A stretch of 64,000 nt of DNA. Origin: Bosea sp. (in: a-proteobacteria) (GTDB taxonomy: Bacteria; Pseudomonadota; Alphaproteobacteria; Rhizobiales; Beijerinckiaceae). The position numbers and the translations under genes were made by a program. Of the stretch, positions 57,502 to 64,000 are shown one piece after another (the first letter of the stretch is position 1; every line of letters begins with the position of its first letter). The DNA lies in the NCBI RefSeq assembly GCF_023953965.1, contig NZ_JAMLIX010000002.1, forward strand, positions 255,637-319,636, in the 5' to 3' direction. The notes beneath the pieces are model-generated. The model saw only the letters and a program-made list of their open reading frames with translations, made no database searches and was not told where the DNA came from.

Positions 57502-58328
57502 CGGTCGTCCCTCGGATTCAGCGCATCCCGCAACCCGTCGCCCAGGAGGTTGAAGCAGATCGCGGTCAGGGCGATGGCCAGCGAGGGGAAGATGATGACC
57601 CAGGGGGCCTGATGCAGGTAATGGCGCGCCTCGGAGACCATCAGCCCCCATTCGGAAGCCGGCGGCTGGGCGCCCAGGCCGAGGAACGACAGCGTCGCGA
57701 ACGACATGACGGCGAAGGAGACGCGGATCGTCGCCTCGACGATCACCGGGGCGGCGACGTTCGGCAGCATCTCGCGGAAGACGATCCAGCTGCCGCTCTC
57801 GCCGCGCGCGATCGCAGCCTTCACGTAATCCTGCTGGCGCACGGAGAGCGCGACGGAGCGCGTCACGCGCGCCATGCTGGGCGCGAACGAGATGCCGATC
57901 GCCAGGGCGGCGTTCAGGCTTCCCTTCCCCAGCGAGCTGACCAGGATGAGCGCCAGCAGAAGATGCGGGATAGCCAGGATCGCGTCGACGGTGCGCATGG
58001 TGAATTCGTCCCAGCGGCCGCCCAGATACGCCGACAGCGTCCCGATCGTCGCGCCCAGCGCCGTGCCGAAGAACGTCGCGAACAAGGCGAGCGGTATGGT
58101 CGCATAGGCGCCGACGAGGAGGCGGCTCAGCACGTCGCGGCCGAGCTGGTCGGCGCCGAACCAGTGCTTCGCGCCGGGCGGCGCGAAACGCCCGAGAAAA
58201 TCGATGGCATCGGGCTCGTAGGGGGCAACGAACCGCCCGAAGACGCACATCGACAGCAGCACGAGCAGAAGTCCCGTGCCGATGACGCCCTGGGGTGTCC
58301 GCCAAAGCCGGTAGAGAGCGTCATGCAT
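57498..58328 (-). CDS. Peptide-type ABC permease (OppC-like)
   Basis: HWFGADQLGRDVLSRL, LSFLGLG and FNLLGDGLRDALNP. Confidence 0.92.
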   Translation of the reverse strand: MHDALYRLWRTPQGVIGTGLLLVLLSMCVFGRFVAPYEPDAIDFLGRFAPPGAKHWFGADQLGRDVLSRLLVGAYATIPLALFATFFGTALGATIGTLSAYLGGRWDEFTMRTVDAILAIPHLLLALILVSSLGKGSLNAALAIGISFAPSMARVTRSVALSVRQQDYVKAAIARGESGSWIVFREMLPNVAAPVIVEATIRVSFAVMSFATLSFLGLGAQPPASEWGLMVSEARHYLHQAPWVIIFPSLAIALTAICFNLLGDGLRDALNPRDDR

Positions 58329-59268
58329 AGCGGATTCGCCGGTCGACGAGCGCATAGGCGACGTCCGCCAGGGTGTTCGCCAGAGCATAGGTCGTCGCCA
58401 TGATCACCGCTCCCGCCTGGATGGAAGGAAGATCGCGGGAGGTGATGGCGACGATGAGCGCGCGTCCGATCCCGGGAATCGCGAAGATCTCCTCGACCAC
58501 GATGATCCCGCCCAGAATATAGCCGACGTCGAGCGCGACGATCGTGATGGTGGGGATCATCGCGTTCCTGAGGATGTGGCGCCTCAGGACGATGCGGCCC
58601 GGCAGCCCCTTCAGCCGGGCGGCGCGGACATAATCGCTGTGAATGACGTCGATCGTCTCCGAGCGCACCATCCGCGAGGCGTGCGCGACCATGATCAGCG
58701 AAACCGTGAGGACCGGCAGCACGAGATGGCGGATGGACTCGATCGGGTTTTCCATGAAGGGGACGAAGCCCGTCGCCGGGAGCAGCTGAAGCTGGCTGGC
58801 GAAGACGAGGATCAGCAGCGTCGCCGTCACGAACTCCGGCAGCGAGACGCCGAAATACGAAAACAGGCTGGCGAGGACGTCCAGCGCCGTCCCGCGCTTG
58901 AGAGCCGCGAGGACGCCGATCGGCACCGCGATGACCAGCATCAGGACGAGAGCCGCGCTTCCGAGCAGAAGCGAGCGGCCGAGCGCCGTGAACATCGCAG
59001 GCCCCACCGGTTGCCCGGTGCGCATCGAGGTGCCGAAATCGCCTTGCAGCATGCTCGAGAGCCAGTGCCAGAACTGGATATAGACCGGATTGTTGAGACC
59101 CATCTGCTCGCGAACGGCCGCCAGAGCCTCGGCCGTCGCGTTCTCTCCCAGCAGCGTCACGGCCGCGTCGGCGGGCAGGACCTGCGTGATTCCGAAGACG
59201 ATCACGGAAACGACGAGGAGCGTGTAGATGGTCGTCAATATTCTCCGGACGATCCAAGATACCGACAC
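58321..59268 (-). CDS. Peptide-type ABC permease (OppB-like)
   Basis: GDFGTS, DYVRAARLKGL and EEIFAIPGIG. Confidence 0.92.
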   Translation of the reverse strand: MSVSWIVRRILTTIYTLLVVSVIVFGITQVLPADAAVTLLGENATAEALAAVREQMGLNNPVYIQFWHWLSSMLQGDFGTSMRTGQPVGPAMFTALGRSLLLGSAALVLMLVIAVPIGVLAALKRGTALDVLASLFSYFGVSLPEFVTATLLILVFASQLQLLPATGFVPFMENPIESIRHLVLPVLTVSLIMVAHASRMVRSETIDVIHSDYVRAARLKGLPGRIVLRRHILRNAMIPTITIVALDVGYILGGIIVVEEIFAIPGIGRALIVAITSRDLPSIQAGAVIMATTYALANTLADVAYALVDRRIRYA

Positions 59269-59272
59269 GAGG

Positions 59273-60832
59273 TCACCCTCTCTTTGGCGCGCCCTGATCC
59301 AGCCAGACCCGTTCGAAGCGGAACATCGCTCCGGTGGGGTGATGCTCGTATCCCTTCACGTAGTTGCGATGGCCTGCCAGCAGATCGAAGAAAATCGGGA
59401 TGACCGACGGCACCTGCTCGCTCATCAGGTCTTGCGCACGCGCGTAAAGCTCGCGGCGGCGGCCTTCGTCGCTGACGGCGCGTGCCTCGGCCACCAGCTT
59501 GTCGAAGTCGGCGTTGTTCCAGCGGGTCTCGTTCCACGCCGAATCGGAGGTGTAGAGCTGCGAGAAGATCTGGTCCGCGGTCGCCTGGGCCGCATAGGAG
59601 CCGACATAGAAGCTGCCCTTCTTCCAGACCTGGTCGAGATAGGCCGCATGCGGCATGGTCTGGACGTTGATCCGGAAGCCGGCCGGACGGGCCATCTCCC
59701 GCATGGCGATCGCGAGCTGCGCGCGCGTGCCCGGGTTCTCAGAGGCCACGAGCGTGACATCGAGGCCGTCCGGATAACCCGCCTCCGCGAGAAGCTTCTT
59801 CGCCGCGGCCATGTCGGCCTTCTTCAGCGGAAGCTGCTTATAGTAATAATAGGAGGGGTTCAGCGGAGTGTCGGCGCCGGTCTGGCCCAGCCCGTGCGCG
59901 ATGAAGCCGACCAGCGCCTCGCGATCGACGGCGAGCGACAAGGCCTTGCGGACACGGACATCGTCGAACGGCTTCTGGTCGCAACGCATGTTGACGTTGA
60001 GGAACCGGCCCGAGGGCTTTTGAATCGCGGTCACGCCGCTGGTCTTCGACAGCCGGCCGAACTCGCTCTGGCTGACCGTCACCATCAGGTCGTTGTCGCC
60101 GGCGATCAGCGCCGACGTCTCCGCGGCGTTGTCCGGGTAGACCCGGATCTCGATGCGGGCGAGGTAAGGCTGGTCGGGAATGAAGTAGTTCGGATTGCGC
60201 TCGACGACGACGAGCCGGTCCGGCTCGAACGAAACCAGCTTGAACGGACCGGTTCCGATCCCTTCGCGGGACAGGCGCGCATAGTCGCCCTTGGCGATGG
60301 CCTCGGGGATGATCCGGGCCGTGGTGTAGGCGACGGCGACGGGGAAATCCGCCGAGGGCGCGCCGAGCTTCATGACGACGGTCGTATCGTCGACGACGAC
60401 GACCTCCTTGAGGGCGCCCAGCGCCGTGCGCGCCGTCGAGGCCATCTTCGGGTTGAGCATGGCCTCGAAGCTCGCCGCGACATCCTTGGCCGTGCAGGGC
60501 GAGCCGTCGTGGAAGCGAACGCCGGGGCGAAGCTTGAACGTCCACTCCGTCAGCTCCGGATTGGAGCTCCACGACTCGGCCAGGTCCGGCTCCGGCGCCA
60601 TGTCCTGCTTGAGCTTGACGAGGTTGCTGTAGATCAGGCCTCCGACCAGATGCTCCGGAACCACGCGGGTCAGCTGGGGGTGGATGACCGACGGTGCCTG
60701 GTCGACGGATATGCGCAGCGTCCCGCCCGGACGCGGAGTCGATGCGGATTGCTGGCCAAGCACAGTGTTTGCTTGTGAAAACAATGCCAGAGAAGTTCCC
60801 GTGGCGAGCAAGGAGCGACGAGTCAAGAGCAT
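59273..60832 (-). CDS. Family-5 ABC substrate-binding protein, Tat-exported
   Basis: MLLTRRSLL signal; PDLAESWS, LRPGVRFHDG and GTGPF. Confidence 0.92.
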   Translation of the reverse strand: MLLTRRSLLATGTSLALFSQANTVLGQQSASTPRPGGTLRISVDQAPSVIHPQLTRVVPEHLVGGLIYSNLVKLKQDMAPEPDLAESWSSNPELTEWTFKLRPGVRFHDGSPCTAKDVAASFEAMLNPKMASTARTALGALKEVVVVDDTTVVMKLGAPSADFPVAVAYTTARIIPEAIAKGDYARLSREGIGTGPFKLVSFEPDRLVVVERNPNYFIPDQPYLARIEIRVYPDNAAETSALIAGDNDLMVTVSQSEFGRLSKTSGVTAIQKPSGRFLNVNMRCDQKPFDDVRVRKALSLAVDREALVGFIAHGLGQTGADTPLNPSYYYYKQLPLKKADMAAAKKLLAEAGYPDGLDVTLVASENPGTRAQLAIAMREMARPAGFRINVQTMPHAAYLDQVWKKGSFYVGSYAAQATADQIFSQLYTSDSAWNETRWNNADFDKLVAEARAVSDEGRRRELYARAQDLMSEQVPSVIPIFFDLLAGHRNYVKGYEHHPTGAMFRFERVWLDQGAPKRG

Positions 60833-61059
60833 GGATTTCCTCCCCGATTGTTGCGTATAGTCGTCTTGTTCAGCGTGCTAAACGCCGGTAAGATTGTAGT
60901 TTCGATTGCTTTTATCTCTTGTCGCGCGCCAATGGCTCAGGAGGACGGGCGCAAGATATGGCCGAACGGCTTGCGACCAGAAACGGCTTCGCGTTCCTGC
61001 TGCAGTCAATCCGCAACGATCCGGTCCAAACGATCATTCGGGCAAACTGGCGAAATGCA

Positions 61060-61078
61060 GATAAATTGTCAATATATC
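61060..61078. promoter_or_regulatory. Near-perfect 19-bp palindrome containing a minus-strand TTGACA, upstream of the island operon
   Basis: GATAAATTGTCAATATATC versus its reverse complement GATATATTGACAATTTATC. Confidence 0.45.
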
Positions 61079-61120
61079 GTTTGTGTTCGGGGCCGCGAAC
61101 CGCGGTGGAACCCAGGCGCA

Positions 61121-61324
61121 GCCAGGCTGCCGCTTCAGCAGCGCGAGGGTCGCGGCCTTGCAGCGTAAAGGAGCCTTGCCGACCTCGCATAGGTCGTCGA
61201 TATGGAGGGGCGATGAGGTTGGGGCTCGGCCGCGATGGCCCGGCGTCGCGCATCTTCGCATGGAGGTCCTTTCGGCGGATCTGGACACGCCAGGACTTGG
61301 AGGAAGGCTTCGTGAAGGTGGCAT
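61121..61324 (-). pseudogene. Decayed N-terminal remnant of a dusA-associated tyrosine integrase
   Basis: Three minus frames give consecutive blocks (A)TFTKPSSKSWRVQIRRK, EDARRRAIAAE and LHIDDLCEVGKAPLRCKAATLALLKRQPG, matching my recollection of alphaproteobacterial dusA-linked integrase N-termini. Divergent from dusA. Confidence 0.7.
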
Positions 61325-61377
61325 AGTTTCATATGCGGGCGAGGTCACCAAACAGATTGATTCTGCCGAAAAATGCC

Positions 61378-62370
61378 ATGAAATATCAGATGCATAGATT
61401 CGCCGTGGCACCGATGATGGACTGGACCGACCGCTATTGCCGGCTCGTCCATCGCCTGCTGTCGCGCCATGCTCTGCTCTATACGGAGATGGTGACGGCG
61501 CAGGCGGTGATCCGCGGCGACCGGGAGCGCCTGATCGGCTTCGACGCGCTGGAGCACTCCGTCGCGCTTCAGCTCGGCGGCAACGACCCGGCCCTGCTCG
61601 CCGAGGCCGCGAAAATCGGCGCCGATGCCGGCTATGACGAGATCAACCTGAATTGCGGCTGCCCTTCTGACCGGGTGCAGGGCGGGGCCTTCGGCGCCTG
61701 CCTGATGCGCGAGCCGGCGCTGGTCGGCGATTGCGTCGCGGCGATGAAGGCGGCGGTCCGGGTCCCCGTCACGGTGAAGTGCCGCATCGGGGTCGACGAT
61801 CAGGACCCCGAGGCCGCCCTCGACGCATTTGCCGCCGCCGCGACGGCAGCCGGCGTCGACGCCCTGATCGTCCATGCCCGCAAGGCGTGGCTCAAGGGGC
61901 TCTCGCCCAGGGAGAACCGCGAGATCCCGCCGCTCGACCATGCGCGCGCCTACCGCCTGAAGGCGGCCAATCCCGATCTTCCGGTCAGCCTGAACGGCGG
62001 CATCGTCGATCCGGCGGAATGGCTGCCGCATCTGGAGCATGTCGACGCCATCATGGTCGGCCGCGAGGCTTACCGGAACCCGGAGATCCTGCTCAGGGTC
62101 GATCCGCTGCTCTACGGCACGCCGGCGCCCGTGCCGGACGCCTTTGCCATGCTGGAGGCGCTGGAGCCGCACATCGCCGCGCATCTGGAGCGGGGCGGGC
62201 GGCTGCATGCCTTCACCCGCCATCTCGTCGGACTGTTCCCCGGCCGTCCGGGCGCGCGCCTCTTCCGCCGCCACCTCGCCGAGCGCTGCGTCGGCGCCGA
62301 TGCGGGGCTGGACGATCTGCGCGCGGCCGTGGCTCATCTCTCCCGCCACGAGGCGGCCGTGGCCGCGTGA
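61378..62370 (+). CDS. dusA: tRNA dihydrouridine(20/20a) synthase
   Basis: RFAVAPMMDWTD, LYTEMV, QLGG, INLNCGCPSDRVQ, TVKCRIG and HARKAWL. Confidence 0.96.
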   Translation: MKYQMHRFAVAPMMDWTDRYCRLVHRLLSRHALLYTEMVTAQAVIRGDRERLIGFDALEHSVALQLGGNDPALLAEAAKIGADAGYDEINLNCGCPSDRVQGGAFGACLMREPALVGDCVAAMKAAVRVPVTVKCRIGVDDQDPEAALDAFAAAATAAGVDALIVHARKAWLKGLSPRENREIPPLDHARAYRLKAANPDLPVSLNGGIVDPAEWLPHLEHVDAIMVGREAYRNPEILLRVDPLLYGTPAPVPDAFAMLEALEPHIAAHLERGGRLHAFTRHLVGLFPGRPGARLFRRHLAERCVGADAGLDDLRAAVAHLSRHEAAVAA

Positions 62371-62376
62371 GGCCGG

Positions 62377-62868
62377 TCAGCCGCGCCGGGCCGCCTCGAT
62401 CGCGGCGACGTCGATCTTGCGCATCGCCATCATCGCCGTGAAGGCGCGCCTGGCCTCGTCGCCGCCGATGGCGAGCGCCTCGCTCAGCACGCGCGGGGTG
62501 ATCTGCCAGGAAACGCCCCATCTGTCCTTGCACCAGCCGCAGGCGCTCTCCTGTCCGCCATTGCCGACGATGGCGTTCCAGTAGCGGTCGGTCTCCTCCT
62601 GGTCGTCGGTCGCGACCTGGAAGGAGAAGGCTTCGTTGTGGCTGAAGGCGGGGCCGCCGTTCAGCCCGAGGCAGGGGATGCCGATGACCGTGAAGCTCAC
62701 CGTCAGCACGTCGCCCGCCTTGCCCGAGGGAAAATCGGTCGGCGCATGGAAGACCGCGTTCACCGCGCTGTCGGGAAAGGTCCGGGCGTAGAAGCGCGCC
62801 GCCGCCTCGGCATCCTTGTCGTACCACAGGCAGATCGTGTTCCTGGGCGTCTTCTCGGGCTTCGCCAT
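62377..62868 (-). CDS. VOC/PhnB-like protein (3-demethylubiquinone-9 3-methyltransferase family)
   Basis: KNTICLWY-like start, LNGGP, EAFSFQV and CGWCKDRWGVSWQI. Confidence 0.88.
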   Translation of the reverse strand: MAKPEKTPRNTICLWYDKDAEAAARFYARTFPDSAVNAVFHAPTDFPSGKAGDVLTVSFTVIGIPCLGLNGGPAFSHNEAFSFQVATDDQEETDRYWNAIVGNGGQESACGWCKDRWGVSWQITPRVLSEALAIGGDEARRAFTAMMAMRKIDVAAIEAARRG

Positions 62869-63000
62869 GGCATGTCCTTTCGCCTGCTGGAGCTGCGCTC
62901 GCTGTTCTCATCTTTGGAATGCGCCGGCGCCACGGGCGTTCCGAAGACGCCGCGCCGACGCCCCCGCATGTCGCGATATGGACCCGCTGTAGTCTATTGC

Positions 63001-63012
63001 GTTGATATCAAC
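63001..63012. promoter_or_regulatory. Perfect 12-bp palindrome between the divergent VOC and DUF1428 genes
   Basis: GTTGATATCAAC, in an AT-rich promoter-like stretch. Confidence 0.45.
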
Positions 63013-63058
63013 ATTTAGGGTGCGGTCGCAATCCGGCCGCGAGCAAGGGAGAGACGCA

Positions 63059-63169
63059 ATGGCTTATGTCGATGGTTTCGTCCTCGCGGTGGGCGAGACC
63101 ATGCCCTTCGACGGCAGGCGCATGATCCATGGCGGCTTCGTCCCGCTCCTCGATACCGGGCGAGGGTGA
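63059..63169 (+). pseudogene. DUF1428 (YbaA-like) gene with a large in-frame internal deletion (36 codons remain)
   Basis: MAYVDGFVLAV is joined via GET to MPFDGRRMIHGGF, the recognisable N- and C-termini of the family. RBS GGGAGAGA is intact. Confidence 0.75.
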
Positions 63170-63291
63170 GGCCGCCGGTCGTCCGGCTGCCGGCGCGAGC
63201 CCGGATTCACGCGGCGGCCATGCGGGAGCGGCATCTTGCCCCGACCGGCTAAATGGTCGAGAGAACGGGCGGCCCCACCGGATCTCTCCTC

Positions 63292-64000
63292 ATGATTGCT
63301 GGCATCCCCATCGGCGACCTCGCCTTCCTGGCCGTCTCCCTCATCCTGGCGGGGGCGGTCACGGGCCTGCTCGCCGGCGTCTTCGGCGTCGGCGGCGGCG
63401 CCGTCATCGTGCCCGTGCTCTACGAGGTCTTCCGCGTCATCGGCGTCGCCGACGAGGTGCGCATGCCGCTGGCGGTCGGCACCTCGCTCGCCGTCATCAT
63501 CCCGACCTCGATCCGCTCCTTCAACGCGCATCGCGCCAAGGGGCTGGTCGATCTCTCGATCCTGAAGATCTGGGCGGTGCCGGTGATCATCGGCGTGATG
63601 TTCGGAAGCTGGATCGCCCGCTATGCGCCCGCCGACCTGTTCAAGATCGTCTTCGTCCTCGTCGCGACGATCTCGGCGGCGCGTCTCCTCTTCGGCGCCG
63701 ACAGCTGGAAATTCGGCGACGATATGCCGGGCAAGCCGCTGATGGTCGCCTATGGCGGCGTCATCGGCGTGCTCTCGGCGCTGATGGGCATCGGCGGCGG
63801 CCAGCTCTCCAGCCTGTTCATGACCTTCTACGGACGGCCGATCCATCAGGCGGTCGCGACCTCGTCGGGGCTGGGCGTGCTGATCTCGATCCCCGGCGCG
63901 CTCGGCTTCATCTATGCCGGCTGGCCGAAGATGGCGATCCTGCCGCCGCTCTCGCTCGGCTATGTCTCGCTGATCGGCATGATCCTCTTCATCCCGACCT
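63292..64000 (+). CDS. TauE/SafE-family sulfite exporter (partial, runs off the window)
   Basis: GLLAGVFGVGGGAVIVP, AVGTSLA, SALMGIGGG and AVATS. Confidence 0.88.
   Translation, partial: MIAGIPIGDLAFLAVSLILAGAVTGLLAGVFGVGGGAVIVPVLYEVFRVIGVADEVRMPLAVGTSLAVIIPTSIRSFNAHRAKGLVDLSILKIWAVPVIIGVMFGSWIARYAPADLFKIVFVLVATISAARLLFGADSWKFGDDMPGKPLMVAYGGVIGVLSALMGIGGGQLSSLFMTFYGRPIHQAVATSSGLGVLISIPGALGFIYAGWPKMAILPPLSLGYVSLIGMILFIPT

Larger units (their letters stand above)
54100..61420. mobile_element. Relic dusA-integrated genomic island
   Basis: Integrase ghost abutting dusA, an AT-richer dusA 5' end, and visibly more A/T-ending codons in the cargo than in the flanks. Left boundary approximate; no att copy identified. 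Confidence 0.55.

Noticed and set aside
60848-61411. Short ORFs called in 60.8-61.4 kb as genes
   Set aside because: No coherent products; the region is better explained as promoter DNA plus the frameshifted integrase remnant.

Overview
High-GC alphaproteobacterial chromosomal segment (Hyphomicrobiales; gene content and intergenic repeats suggest Bosea or a relative, which is inference). Left to right: a methylmalonyl-CoA mutase operon with thiD between the two subunit genes, a HerA-like ATPase, mntH with a Mur-like box, and a LOG gene. Next is a complete, apparently intact RcGTA-type gene transfer agent head-tail cluster (9.2-24.9 kb). It is preceded by a promoter followed by an intrinsic terminator, and it is split between capsid and adaptor by two antisense, secreted chymotrypsin-family proteases. 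Then comes the conserved rhizobial block feuNPQ-ccmIEFH-degP-RR/HK-glnE-pleC-pepN, followed by a CDF transporter with three C-terminal domains, Ni/Co-type glyoxalase I, vapBC, a PfkB kinase, an orphan His-tailed UreE, and a GntR-uxuA/ABC sugar-acid locus. A decayed dusA-integrated island (54.1-61.4 kb) carries a peptide-type ABC importer, a metal-independent M24 hydrolase and RidA, and retains a frameshifted integrase ghost next to dusA. The window ends with dusA, a VOC gene, a DUF1428 mini-gene with an internal deletion and a partial TauE gene. Three families of short palindromic intergenic repeats recur. No rRNA, tRNA or CRISPR array was seen. Family assignments come from motif recognition and recall, not database searches.
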